Assembly (NCBI GenBank): GCA_045600125.1
Contig: JAZRXH010000119.1
Location: 1,513-65,512 of the forward strand
Direction of reading: 5' to 3'
Length of the DNA stretch: 64,000 nt
From: Eubacteriales bacterium
Lineage (GTDB): Bacteria; Bacillota; Clostridia; Oscillospirales; CAG-382
Part shown: positions 49,168 through 60,500 of the stretch, piece by piece
How positions within the stretch are numbered: position 1 is the stretch's first letter
Layout: each line of letters opens with the position of its first letter
The notes under the pieces: generated by a model
Databases searched by the model: none
Seen by the model: the letters and a program-made list of their open reading frames with translations, nothing else
What the model was told of the DNA's origin: nothing
Made by a program: the position numbers and the translations under genes

Positions 49168-49204
49168 AAATAGTTCCGTCCTTGTTGTTTGTTCATATTC
49201 ATTT

Positions 49205-50366
49205 TCGTTTATTTCTCCGCCTGCGCCTCCGGCGGTGAAGCTATCGACTGCTCTTTTTGAGAACGGGGAACGTGTTATCCTCAAATCACGCCGTGAGTGC
49301 GGCGAACGACCGCCTTTTCTTGAAACGGGGGCGTATTGCCCCCGGCTCACGCCGTAAGTGTATCAATCGCCTTGTTGCACACGAACGGGGGCGTTACTTT
49401 TTCCACGAGCGGCAAAAGCCGATACACTTCGAAATGCATGATATGCATTTCGTGCGGTATCGCACCAAAAACGCCCGGCGGGTACGGGAGGGCGGCAGTC
49501 CATAAATGGTAACTGCAGAGAAACCACTGCACAGCAATGCTTTTTGAATGCTGTTCTCGTCCTTGTTGCGGCTTGCCCCCTCCCGCCGCCACCACACCCA
49601 CCCCGGAATACACCAATGTCTATGCAAAACTTGGTGGGGCGATGTGGGTCCCCATTGTTGCAGCGCGTCCGCAGCGGACGCTATGACTCGGAGCTTCTCC
49701 TACGGGAATGAAGAGAATGCCTTACCGAGAAGTCCTATCTAACTTTGCACACTGATAAGTATCATCACGTCAATGAGCAAGTGCTATCCTTTAGTGAGCG
49801 CCTTTCCCACGGGAAGTTGAACCGTTATCTTTTTCCCGAACTATATGCGGTCGGCGGGAATTATGCCGACCCATAGGACGGGAAAGAAGAGACCAAGTAC
49901 ATCACGCACGAACTGAGGTCAGAATTACCACTGAGGAAAAAAGTCCCCCGTAGAGCACGACAAAAATGTACATGGCGGAACCGTTCCTCGGGAAAGGTAT
50001 CGGAAAACCGCATAGGTTTTCTGATGGTAGACCATTTGCTGTCGGCAAGATGCGAGGATGCAGCCCCACACGCCGCCGAAAACAAGTGCGCAGGGTTGGT
50101 GTCGGAGGGCAACGCCCTATCCGACGGGCTCTTTTGGGTACTTTTGCAGCCCTTGGCAAAAGTCACACCACCGTTCCGTGTGCAGTGGGGCAATCGCTAC
50201 ACCCCCGGCGGGAGGCGAGGATAATACGCCCCGTATCGTGTGCAACAAGGCTATCGCTGCACTCACGGCGAGAGCCGGGAATAAATTCTTGGTCGGTCAA
50301 GGCGAATGCCTGTCAACCTCTTCCGTCACGGCAAGCCGTGACACCTTCCCCAAAGGGGAAGGCTTT
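49205..50366. other. ORF-less, hairpin-dense element bounded by inverted ~60-bp repeat arrays (candidate large ncRNA or non-autonomous element)
   Basis: 49341-49394 vs 50226-50279 inverted, 45/54 identical by manual count; more than 10 internal stems. Confidence 0.6.
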
Positions 50367-50387
50367 TGTGGCGAAGTTAAAACGATA

Positions 50388-50541
50388 TCCGCTGAGATCG
50401 TATCTTGACCTCAGCGGACAGTGGGCAGCAACCATTACCCCTTAAAAAACACCGTGGCAGTCCGTATGGACTGCCACTATTGAAAGTTTTCGCCCGCCTT
50501 TTTCAAAAGGCGGCGATGGGGCTTTTGAGGCGAGCAGCCCC
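50388..50541 (-). repeat. Modular repeat, copy 11
   Basis: CCGCTGAGATC...GACCTCAGCGGACAGTGGG; GTGGCAGTCCGTATGGACTGCCAC; CGCCTTTTTCAAAAGGCG. Confidence 0.88.
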
Positions 50542-50571
50542 AAAAAAAGAAGTACTTGAAAAGGAGAAATT

Positions 50572-50985
50572 ATGATCATATTGGGAATCGACTACGGCGA
50601 CGCAAGGATGGGCTTTGCGGCAAGCGACATGACCGGCTTTCTGGCGGGAGGCATCGGCACGGTAAAGGTGACGGGACTCCACAGCGCCGTGGAAGCGGCG
50701 GCGAAGACGGCAAAAGAGCGAGGGGCACAGAAGATCGTCGTGGGACTTCCCGTGAACATGGACGGCACCGAAGGGGACAGAGCCGCAAGATGCCGCCGCT
50801 TCGGAGAAGAGCTTGCCGAAAAGACGGGGATCCCCGTGGAGTACCACGACGAGCGCCGCACCACCATCCTCGCCGCCGGCTACATGAACGAGACCGGGAC
50901 CTACGGCAAGAAGCGTAAGGCCGCCATAGATACCCTCTCGGCACAGCTTATCCTGCAAAGCTATCTCGACAGAAACAGAAAGTGA
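50572..50985 (+). CDS. ruvX: YqgF/RuvX pre-16S rRNA nuclease
   Basis: LGIDYGDARMG, VVGLPVNMDG, DERRTT, IDTLSAQLILQSYL. Confidence 0.93.
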   Translation: MIILGIDYGDARMGFAASDMTGFLAGGIGTVKVTGLHSAVEAAAKTAKERGAQKIVVGLPVNMDGTEGDRAARCRRFGEELAEKTGIPVEYHDERRTTILAAGYMNETGTYGKKRKAAIDTLSAQLILQSYLDRNRK

Positions 50986-51108
50986 TGCCTTTTGCCTGCG
51001 GTGAATGCGAAAAACAATTACCGGGAAGGACTGCCACGTCCTTCCCGGCTTTTTACGCATTGGTCTTGTTTTCTCGATTAAGAGATTAAGAGATTAAGAG
51101 AGAAGATT

Positions 51109-52455
51109 TTATTTTCCGATGGGCTTGAAGACGCAGAGCTTCGTGTTTCCGTCGGCGTCATCGCAGAAGCTCCAGATAATACAGCCGTCCTGAAGAGTGA
51201 AATAACCTTCTCCGTCCTCGTAGAGCACCTCTTCGGTGGCGTTTCCGTCCTCGTCGTAGGTCACGTAGCTCTTTTTGCAGTCCTTGTAGGCAAGGTCGCC
51301 GTCTCTGTCGGAAGCGGCGCTCAACTTCCAGTTCATAGCGGCGGACGCACTGTCAGCCCAGGATATCTCGATCAAAAGCCGTCCGAGCTCTTCACTGTAA
51401 GACGCATCGAGAACGGCTCTGCCGCTGATCACATCCTGATAGGAACCGGTGAATTCTTCGTAATACGCCGCCTTTTCTTCCGCCGTCATCTTGTCGAGAA
51501 ACAGCGCTCTCAGCTCATCGGCGATGCCGCAGAAGGTCTCGGAATCGTAGTCCTCCAAGTCGACGGTGCTGATGATATACTGCATCTCACCGTCCACAAA
51601 GCGGCACACGTAGGCGCTGTCCGTGCAGACGGTTTCCGTTTCGTATTCGGCACCGGCAGCACTTTCAAAAATCGACTTTCCGTCTTCGCCGAGAATGCCG
51701 GAGATATCGTCCGACGTCTTGGCGGCACGTACCGTGAAGGTCCTTCCGGCAGCGGTGAAGGTGTACTCGGCAACGTCCGTGTCGGCGCCGATCACGGAAA
51801 AGCTCTCATCGGTCACGCCCGTCACGCCGGGCTTTACGATGTGACAGCCGAGTTTTTCGTTCAGCTCGTCCATGGAAGCACACTCGACCTTTTCACCGTC
51901 AAGCCCTCCGAGAACAGAGCACTTTCCGAACGATGCCGACGTGAGGGAAACCGTTTCCTCGCAGATGCCCCTGAACTGTTCTTCTTCTATGTCGCCTTTT
52001 GCATAGAAAACGTACTGCACGCCGTCCTTTGACCAGCGACCGGCTCTGCCGCCGTCGTATGCGGCGATCTCGAGGTCTGCATTCTCTTCACATTCGCCGA
52101 AAAGGGAAGCGCCGTCCGCATAGAGACCGGAAAAGTCCTCGCCGGTCTTTGCGCCCCGCAACGAAAATTCATAGCCGGCGGCTTTGTAATCGTACTGTGC
52201 GATCGGAGCGGAGGCTCCGCCGTTTATCACGAAAAATGCCTCGTCGGTAACGCCCATGATGCCGGGATGCACGATGTTCGTGCCGGCAATCCCGTTAATC
52301 TCGTCAAGAGACCTGCAGCTGACCATGGGATTGGCAAGACCTGCAAAGGCTTCGTTTTCCGGCTCGTTCCCGGTCTGCACGGCGGTTTCACAGCCGACAA
52401 AGGAAAGCGTAAGGGCAAGGCACAGAAGCGCCGTCAGTGTTTTCTTCATGTTCAT
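51109..52455 (-). CDS. Acidic lipoprotein with an internally duplicated domain
   Basis: Lipobox FVGC; two copies of C.S.DE.N...G..IV.PG..GVTDE.F.VI...A.Y...AAG..F..R.AK...D.SG. Confidence 0.75.
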   Translation of the reverse strand: MNMKKTLTALLCLALTLSFVGCETAVQTGNEPENEAFAGLANPMVSCRSLDEINGIAGTNIVHPGIMGVTDEAFFVINGGASAPIAQYDYKAAGYEFSLRGAKTGEDFSGLYADGASLFGECEENADLEIAAYDGGRAGRWSKDGVQYVFYAKGDIEEEQFRGICEETVSLTSASFGKCSVLGGLDGEKVECASMDELNEKLGCHIVKPGVTGVTDESFSVIGADTDVAEYTFTAAGRTFTVRAAKTSDDISGILGEDGKSIFESAAGAEYETETVCTDSAYVCRFVDGEMQYIISTVDLEDYDSETFCGIADELRALFLDKMTAEEKAAYYEEFTGSYQDVISGRAVLDASYSEELGRLLIEISWADSASAAMNWKLSAASDRDGDLAYKDCKKSYVTYDEDGNATEEVLYEDGEGYFTLQDGCIIWSFCDDADGNTKLCVFKPIGK

Positions 52456-52574
52456 GTTCTTTTTCTCCTTTTGTTCTGTTCTGGTTGTTCCTGAATGCTG
52501 TTTTGATTGGTTTTTGTGTCTTGAAAACCTTTTCCCGCCTTCCGAATCCGAAAGAGAACGGGAAAACGGCGGTT

Positions 52575-52934
52575 TCAGTTTTTGTCGGAGTTTTCCGCAG
52601 CCGCTTCACGCTCCATGTCAAGACGGGTGTTGCGGAAATAGAGAAGGACGTCGATGCCGATCTCGATGAAGTTCATCACGTAGAATACGGCGCTGAGGAA
52701 GAAGATCCAGCCCTCCAGATCCGCAAAGCTGATCGCATGGTGGAGCACCGTGATCTGAATGACCTTCCGGGCGATGCCGAAGGCATAACCGACGAGAAGG
52801 AAGATCTCAAAGAAAAGGCTTTTGCCCTTCGCCGTCTTCGATACCAGCGATTTCCGAATGGAGATCGGCCAGGAAAGACCGAAGCAGAAGATGGTCAGAG
52901 CCTCAAACAGATTGGTGAGTGTTTCGGGTGACAT
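52575..52934 (-). CDS. PQ-loop/SemiSWEET-like 3-TM protein
   Basis: CFGLSWPISIRKS...TAKGKSL. Confidence 0.7.
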   Translation of the reverse strand: MSPETLTNLFEALTIFCFGLSWPISIRKSLVSKTAKGKSLFFEIFLLVGYAFGIARKVIQITVLHHAISFADLEGWIFFLSAVFYVMNFIEIGIDVLLYFRNTRLDMEREAAAENSDKN

Positions 52935-52975
52935 GATTTATCATTTCCTTTCTTTTTTTGTTTCCTGCTGTGATT

Positions 52976-54388
52976 TTATACCATTTTTTCCGGTCTTACC
53001 GCCCTGTCGAATTCTTCCCCGGTAAGAAAGCCGAGAGAAACGCACGCCTCACGAAGCGAGATATTTTCGGCAAACGCCTTCTTTGCGGTCTTCGCCGCAT
53101 TTTCGTAGCCGATATGCGGATTCAGCGCCGTTACCAGCATCAGCGAGCCCTCGAGGTTCTCCTTCATCTTCGTGCGGTTTGCCCTGATGCCGACGGCACA
53201 GTGCTCGTTGAAAGAGACGACGGCTTGCGCAAGGAGCCGCACCGACTGTAAAAAGTTATACGCCGCCACCGGCATGAATACGTTCAGCTCGAAGTTGCCC
53301 TGCGACGCCGCAAGACCCACTGCCACATCGTTGCCCATGATCTGACACGCCACCATGGTGACCGCCTCGCACTGGGTGGGATTCACCTTCCCCGGCATGA
53401 TGGAGGAGCCGGGCTCGTTTTCGGGAATGGTGATCTCCCCGAGCCCCAGCCTCGGACCCGAGGCGAGCCAGCGCACGTCGTTGGCGATCTTCATCATGTC
53501 GCAGGCTGCCGCCTTCACCGCTCCGTGGGCGAAAACGAACTCGTCCTTGCTGGTGAGAGCGTGGAATTTATTCTTCGCCGTGACAAATTTCGTCCCGGTG
53601 AGAAGCGAAATCTTTTCGGCAGACAGGGTGTCAAAGCCCTTCGGGGCGTTGAGCCCCGTGCCCACCGCCGTGCCGCCCAGCGCCAGAGCGCAAAGAGGGC
53701 GAAGGGAGGCTTCCAGAAGCTCCGTGTCCTTTTCGAGGCTCGAACGCCAGCCGCTGATCTCCTGACTGAAGGCGATGGGGGTTGCGTCCTGCAGATGGGT
53801 GCGCCCGGATTTGATGACGCCCCGGTTCTCCTTTTCAAGTGCCTTGAAGGTGGCGATGAGCCCCCGCAGAGCGGGAAGGAGAGTGTCTCTCACTGCCGTC
53901 ACCGCCGCAATGTGCATCGCCGTGGGGAAGGTGTCGTTGGAGGACTGGCTCATGTTGATGTCGTCGTTGGGATGGGTGAGTTTTTTTCCGGCAAGGGCGT
54001 TCACCCGGTTCGCAATGACCTCGTTGGCGTTCATGTTCGACTGGGTGCCGGAGCCGGTCTGAAAGACCACGAGAGGAAAATGCTCACAAAGAGCCCCGCT
54101 TATGACCTCATCGCACGCCTTTTCGATGTATCCCAGCTTTTCCGCCGTCATTTTTTCCGGCAAAAGCTCGGCGTTCGCCATGGCTGCCGCCTTTTTCAGA
54201 ATGCCGAAGGCACGGATGATCTCGGCGGGCATCGGCTCTGTCCCGCTGCCGATCCTGAAGTTTTCAAGGCTCCTCTCGGTCTGTGCGCCCCAGAGCTTGT
54301 CCGCCGGCACCCGAACCTCACCCATGGAGTCGTGCTCCGTGCGGAAGACGGATTTTCCCGGGGAGTCGTTTCTGTCGTTCTCTTTCAT
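52976..54388 (-). CDS. fumC: Class II fumarate hydratase
   Basis: QTGSGTQSNMNANE, GRTHLQDATP, GSSIMPGKVNPTQ. Confidence 0.96.
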   Translation of the reverse strand: MKENDRNDSPGKSVFRTEHDSMGEVRVPADKLWGAQTERSLENFRIGSGTEPMPAEIIRAFGILKKAAAMANAELLPEKMTAEKLGYIEKACDEVISGALCEHFPLVVFQTGSGTQSNMNANEVIANRVNALAGKKLTHPNDDINMSQSSNDTFPTAMHIAAVTAVRDTLLPALRGLIATFKALEKENRGVIKSGRTHLQDATPIAFSQEISGWRSSLEKDTELLEASLRPLCALALGGTAVGTGLNAPKGFDTLSAEKISLLTGTKFVTAKNKFHALTSKDEFVFAHGAVKAAACDMMKIANDVRWLASGPRLGLGEITIPENEPGSSIMPGKVNPTQCEAVTMVACQIMGNDVAVGLAASQGNFELNVFMPVAAYNFLQSVRLLAQAVVSFNEHCAVGIRANRTKMKENLEGSLMLVTALNPHIGYENAAKTAKKAFAENISLREACVSLGFLTGEEFDRAVRPEKMV

Positions 54389-54473
54389 GGTGATCCCTTT
54401 CTCGAATCTTGAAATATCGCTTTTTACGGTCTTACCTTCTTTTACCCGAATGCCGTTCCCTGCGAAAAAGCGG

Positions 54474-54502
54474 TTGACACGCCGGGGAAAATGCATTATA
54501 AT
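54474..54502 (+). promoter_or_regulatory. Consensus sigmaA promoter
   Basis: TTGACA-17-TATAAT. Confidence 0.75.
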
Positions 54503-54577
54503 GGGAGTGTCCCCGAAAAGAAAAAAAGGGAAAAAGGCGAACCCGAAAATCAGTAAATCAAAAAGGACGGTAAGAAT

Positions 54578-55411
54578 ATGCTTTTTCAGTATCTCGGCAC
54601 CGCCGCAGCCGAAGGCGTTCCCGGACTCTTCTGTGACTGCCCGGTCTGCACGGCGGCAAGAAAGAAGGGCGGACGGTGTATCCGCAGCCGCTCCCAGGCG
54701 GTCATTGACGGAAAACTGCTCATCGACTTCCCCTCGGACACCTATCTCCACGTGGTAAACAACGGTCTTGATCTCACGAAGATCCGCGCCTGCCTTATCA
54801 CCCATTCCCACATGGATCATCTGTATGCAAGGGACATCTTCTGCCTTCGCAACGGCTATGCCTCCCACCGCCCGGAAGGATATCATCTGACCTTCTACGG
54901 TTCAAGGGCGGTCACCGGGCTCATTGCCGAAGAGGTCGATCCCTTCGCAAAGGAGGGCAGCTGCAGCTACAAGACAATCGAAGCCTTCGAGACCTTCGAC
55001 GCCGCAGGCTATACCGTGACGTCCTATAAGGCCATCCACGACCCGGAAGCCGGTCCGCTCTTCTACTCGGTCTCCGACGGAAAAAAGACGGTGCTGTATG
55101 CCCACGATACCCACTGTTTCTGCGATGAGGTGTGGGAGTATCTTGAAAAGAACAAGCCCCACTTCGACCTTGTTTCCCTCGACTGCACCAACTGCACAAG
55201 ACCCGTGAACTATATCGGTCACATGGGACTTCCCGAGAATATAAGGGTGAGGGAGCGCCTTCTCGGAATCGGCTGTGCCGATGAAAAGACGGTCTTTGTC
55301 TGCAACCACTTTTCGCACAACGGCGGGAACGCCGACTACGACGACTTTGTGCAGTGCGCCGCAAAGGAAGGCTTCCTCGTTTCATACGACGGCATGAAGC
55401 TGGAAATCTGA
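54578..55411 (+). CDS. MBL-fold metallohydrolase (PhnP-like)
   Basis: LGTAAAEGVP..C.C..C, THSHMDH, HDT, NHFSH, YDGM. Confidence 0.88.
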   Translation: MLFQYLGTAAAEGVPGLFCDCPVCTAARKKGGRCIRSRSQAVIDGKLLIDFPSDTYLHVVNNGLDLTKIRACLITHSHMDHLYARDIFCLRNGYASHRPEGYHLTFYGSRAVTGLIAEEVDPFAKEGSCSYKTIEAFETFDAAGYTVTSYKAIHDPEAGPLFYSVSDGKKTVLYAHDTHCFCDEVWEYLEKNKPHFDLVSLDCTNCTRPVNYIGHMGLPENIRVRERLLGIGCADEKTVFVCNHFSHNGGNADYDDFVQCAAKEGFLVSYDGMKLEI

Positions 55412-55619
55412 AAAGATACACGAAAAATTCCCACTAATCCGTAATTATACCAAGAAATTTTGTATTTGTAAAGGCTTTTTTGCGTACATTTTTCGGCTTT
55501 TTTCGGTTTTTTCGGTTTTTTCGGTTTGTTCTGTAACAAACGGTGACGTCCCCAAAACGGGACAATTACAGACGTTTCCTCTTTCGGCGACAGCTTCTTC
55601 CGGCTGCCGCCGTTCTTTT

Positions 55620-57371
55620 TTGCGCTCCCCGTGCGTAAAGTGCAAAGAAGAGCGTTTCTTTAGGGAGGGACGGGACACGGACAGAATTGATGCGGCGAAG
55701 ACTTCACGGAAGGCGCGGGACAATCGGAAAAAAGAAAATAGCGGCGAGATCTCCCGCCGCACTGTTCCCGCCCGGGATCGGTGCCGTGCCTCGGGAAAGA
55801 ACCTGTCGGTCTCGGTCACGGCACAGCTTTTCATCACCCTTGCCAATTTCCTCTGCCGAAGGATCTACGTGCGGATCCTCGGTGCAAACCTTGTGGGACT
55901 CGGCGGTCTTATGGGGCATATCCTCGGGCTTCTCACTCTTGCCGAGCCCGGCTACGACGCCGCCTGCGCCTATGCGCTGTATGAGCCGCTGTCACAAGGG
56001 GACGACCGGACGTGTGCGGGCATCTGCTCTTTTCTCGAGAAAAAATACCGCCGCACCGCCGTCCTCACTTTTCTTCTCGGCATGGCGGGTCTGCCCCTCC
56101 TTTTTCTGACGCAGGGGGGAGAGGGACGGCTTTATGAAAGTGCCCGGGTATATCTTCTGTCCCTTACGGGGCTTTCCCTCTCCTATCTTTATTCCCATCG
56201 GCGCATCCTCCCGGCGACGGATCAGAAGGGGTATATCGTCACCACCTTCCGCTACGTGTTTTTTATCCTCACCTGCGCCATGCGTATCGCCGCCGTGTAT
56301 TTTACCGGGAGCTTTACCCTGTATCTCCTTGCGGGACTCGTCTTCGGCTTTTTCGAGGATCTGTGCCTTGCGCATTACGTGGAAAAACGCTACCCGTATC
56401 TCTTGAAAGAAAAGAGGGAGCTTCCCTTTCCGGAGAAGGAAAAGATCTTTCGAAGGATCCCCTCGCTGTTCCTCTCAAAAGTCGGCGGCATCATCGGCGG
56501 CTCGGCGGATAATCTTGCCGTTTTCTTCTTCCTCGGGCTTTTCGGCGGCACCGTGTATTCCAACTACACCATGCTGTTCGGAAGCTGTGCCTCGCTTATA
56601 TCCCTTATGACCGCCGCCGTATCCTCCGGAGTGGGGGACATGGAGGTGAGCGGGAGCCGGGAGCATTCCGAAAAGGTGTACCGGGCGTCGTTCTTCTGCG
56701 TCTTCTTTGCCGCCTCGTTCCTTTCTCTGTCGCTGTATTTCGTCTGCCCCTCCTTCATGGCGCTGTGGATGAGCGGAAGCAAGGAGGCGAGGACGGGCGT
56801 GCAGACCGGGAATATGCTCCTCGGAAAGACCGAAACGCTTCTTTTCTGTGTTTTCTTTTTTCTTTCGGCTCTGCGCCGTCCCACGGGGATCTTTCTTGAC
56901 GGGTGCGGGCTTTTTGAGAAGGAAAAATACAAATCGCTTCTCGAAGGCGTCCTCTGCGCCCTGCTCGTGTTTTTCCTCACCCCCCGCTTCGGTATTGCGG
57001 GCGTCCTTGCGGGACAGATCGCCTCGGCGCTTCTCGTTTCCTTTTGGTATGAGCCGAAAATTCTGTACCGATACGGCTTCAAAATGTCCGTCGGGCGTTT
57101 TTGGGGAAGGCTTCCGAGGCTTTTTCTTGCCCTTGCCGCCTCGGCTTTTCTGTCTTTTCTTTTCTGCCGCTTTCTTCCGGCGTCGTTTCCCGCCTTTCTC
57201 CTTCGCATCCCGGCGTGCCTTGCCGCAAGCGCCGTTTCCTTCGGACTCGTCTTTGCCGGGAGTGACGATCTGCGCCTTGCCCTCTACTACGTATGCCGGG
57301 TCGTCGGCACCGCAGAGGGAGGAGAGCGGAAGAGTCCAAGAAGCGGGCGGCGCCAAAAACGCAAAGGATGA
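55620..57371 (+). CDS. Polysaccharide/oligosaccharide flippase (Wzx/MOP-like)
   Basis: Multi-TM; LTLAEPG...YALYEPL, DQKGYI, YSNY, FWYEP; true start uncertain and probably downstream. Confidence 0.75.
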   Translation: MRSPCVKCKEERFFREGRDTDRIDAAKTSRKARDNRKKENSGEISRRTVPARDRCRASGKNLSVSVTAQLFITLANFLCRRIYVRILGANLVGLGGLMGHILGLLTLAEPGYDAACAYALYEPLSQGDDRTCAGICSFLEKKYRRTAVLTFLLGMAGLPLLFLTQGGEGRLYESARVYLLSLTGLSLSYLYSHRRILPATDQKGYIVTTFRYVFFILTCAMRIAAVYFTGSFTLYLLAGLVFGFFEDLCLAHYVEKRYPYLLKEKRELPFPEKEKIFRRIPSLFLSKVGGIIGGSADNLAVFFFLGLFGGTVYSNYTMLFGSCASLISLMTAAVSSGVGDMEVSGSREHSEKVYRASFFCVFFAASFLSLSLYFVCPSFMALWMSGSKEARTGVQTGNMLLGKTETLLFCVFFFLSALRRPTGIFLDGCGLFEKEKYKSLLEGVLCALLVFFLTPRFGIAGVLAGQIASALLVSFWYEPKILYRYGFKMSVGRFWGRLPRLFLALAASAFLSFLFCRFLPASFPAFLLRIPACLAASAVSFGLVFAGSDDLRLALYYVCRVVGTAEGGERKSPRSGRRQKRKG

Positions 57372-57573
57372 CTTTTAGTCACATTGCACAATTTTTGTTA
57401 CCTATTTTTTACGGACTGCAGAAGCAAGCATAAAAAATATGCTATTTTTTCCGAAACATAATAAAAATATGACACTTTTGCCTCTTTACAAATCGCTTTC
57501 GGCTGTGTATAATGGATACAACGACCGGAGTTCGGTCTCAGAGTTATATTTTTTTGATCGGGAGGATTTATCT

Positions 57574-60500
57574 ATGAAAAAAGCGACAAAGCTTCTGAGC
57601 CTCGTGCTCTCACTTCTTCTCGCTGTGACAGCCTTTGCCGTTGTACCGGCATACGCTGAACCTTCGGGAACTGCCGTTGTATTCGTCAAGGACGGCGGCG
57701 ACGGCTCCGGCGCATCGGCAGACAGCCCTTTGGGCTCTGTCTCCACGGCGGCGACCACCATTGCCCGGGCGGGCGGCGGCACCATCGTAGTCTGCGGTGA
57801 AGCCACCGTCAGCGGCAACACGGCTTTCGGTACCCGTGCGGGAACCACCATCAAGGTCACTTCCGTCTACGACGGTGTGGACTACCGTGAAAAGGGAGCC
57901 AAGTTCATTCTCGGCAAGGCATGGACGAATTTCGAGTCAAGAGAAGCCTTCGAGTTTGATGACATCGAGATCGCTGTCATGGGCAACAACTGCTCCTTCT
58001 ACGCAGACGGTTATCCCATCACCTTCGGCAGAGGCGTGACCACGTCCCTGATCGATCAGGACGAAAAAAAGGCGGCGAACTGGCCCAACGTATACGGCGG
58101 CTCCGCCTGCGACCTTTCCGGAACCGACAACTGGCCTGCCAATACCTCGGTCACCGTCCTCGGCGGTACCTATAACCTTGTCGTTACCTGCGGCAAGGGC
58201 GACTCGAGAGGCGACAGACCCAGCAAGGACGGTTCTCTTTCCATCGGCGAGAACGTAACGATCATGGGGAAGGGCACCTTCTGCGACAACCCCGTAAACG
58301 CAGCGGTCGAAGGCAAGAAGATCCTGGTCGTCAACGGCGGAACCGCTGATAAGGCGGACGTTGCGGAAGCCGACATCACCATTACCGCCACCGGCAACGG
58401 CTACGTGCAGAGCCTCCGTGAGGGCGTTGTGAACCTCTGCGCCGATTCCGGCTATGCCGCCAAGATCGACGGCGAGTTCGTTGTCAACGGCGAGTACAGC
58501 TACGAGGGTGCTTCTCTGAAGGTCTCCTTCGAGAAGTCGGATATCAACAAGGCGGCTGAGCTTGCAAAGTCCCGTCCGCAGATGCCCGCAGCCTTCCCCG
58601 GCGAGTACATCAAGGGCTACTCCGAACCGGACGGCACCCATACCTTCAGACCCGAGAACGACATCACCATCGCCGAAGCGACTACCATCCTCGTTCGTCT
58701 TATGACCACCGAGGAAAAGGTCGCAGGAAAGTACCAGACCGATAAGGCGAACCCCGGCGACTGGTTCTATGACAACGTGGCTTCCCTCGATGCCTTCGGC
58801 TTCTTCGATGCCTTCGATAACTTCGACGGCGACAGAGCCATCACGAGAGCCGAATTCGTTCAGCTCATCGTTCTGAGCAAGAAGCTCCAGAAGAACACCG
58901 ACGAGGTGGAATTCACCGACGTTGCCGCTGATTACAAGTATGCGGACGCCATCAAGGAATCCACCGAGGCAGGACTCATCAAGGGTTACAAGAACGACGA
59001 CGGTTCGCATTCCTTCAAGCCCGAAAACAGCATCACCCGTGCCGAGGTCGTTACCATCATCAACCGTGTATTCGGCATGGCTGACCTCGCTCCCATCAAG
59101 TACAAGAACATGATCCCCGCCTTTACCGACGTGGATCCCCTCCACTGGGCGGCATATCAGATCATCGCCGCTGCCGGCGGTAAGGAAAAGCCCAAGGAAG
59201 AGGTAAAGCTCGAGGGCACCGGCAACGTGGAATTTGCCGTAGAGGGTCCCGTAGTATTCGCCGATGACTCCATGCCTGCCGAAAACGACGGTCTCACTCC
59301 GAAGACGGCACTTCCCTACGATAAGGCGAAGAACCTTCTCGGCGATAAGGGCGGCACCATCGTCCTTTCCGGTCAGGCTCATCTTGCTTCCAACTACTTC
59401 CTCGGCGGTATCCATACCGGCACCGTTCTTGTGACCTCGGTTTACGACGGTGTTGACTACCGTTCGGAGAATGACGCAGCCTTCATTTACGAAGCATCCT
59501 GGAAGAACCTTAGCTGCGGCGGCGACGTGATCCTCGACAACGTAGCCATCATCAGCAAGGGCGCAAACTGCTCCATCTACGCCGACAACCATCACCTCAC
59601 CGTCGGTAAGGACGTTGTCTGCGTACTCGAAGAGGGCGGCGCATATCCTACCATTTACGGCGGCTCCGCATGTGACCTTTCCGCAACCAGAAACTACATC
59701 GGCTCGGAAGACACCACCGTTTCCCATACCGGCGACTATAACGGACACGTGACCGTCAACGGCGGTACATGGACCGGCGTATACGGCGGCGGTAAGGGTA
59801 CTACCGAAAAGCCCAGAGAAAGCAACTGTGCGGTCGTTGAGATCGGTCCCGACGCCAAGGTCGGCTCGGTTGACGGCAGAGCTCTCAACGAGCAGGCACT
59901 GGTTCACGGTCTTAAGACCATCATCCTCAACAACACCGATGCATACCCCGTTGACGATTCCTACGACGTGATCGTAAGCGTTTCCGGCGACGGCTGCGCA
60001 GAAGCCATCGCACAGGATAAGGAAAGCGTGACCATCAAGGTCACTGCCGCAGACGGCAAGCCCGTGGAAGGTCTTGAAAACGACACCTACACCTTCAAGG
60101 GCGAAGGCTCCATGGCGGTCACTCTTGATGCCGCCGGCAACAAGGCTGTCATCGCCGGCAAGGGCGATATCGCCGTTGACGACGGAAACGTTACCTACAT
60201 CACCGACGCAGAGCTTGCTGCCATCGACGCAAAGGCAGAGGCTCTCAAGAACGAGATCCTGAACACCAAGACCACCGTAAAGCCCGCAAACGGCGGCAAG
60301 GCATACTACGTTTCCACCTCCGGTGACGACGCAAACGACGGTCTCTCCGAGGCGAAGCCCATAAAGTCCATCGACAAGGTCAATACCCTCAGCCTCGGTG
60401 CAGGCGACGTGGTATACTTCAAGAGAGGCGATATGTGGAGAACCCTTACCACCCTCAGTGCGAAGTCCGGTGTGACCTACTCCGCCTACGGCGAGGGCGC

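Noticed and set aside
51077-51103. (ATTAAGAG)x3, and (TTTTTCGG)n at ~55490-55525
   Set aside because: Short intergenic slippage repeats with no evident link to a promoter or reading frame
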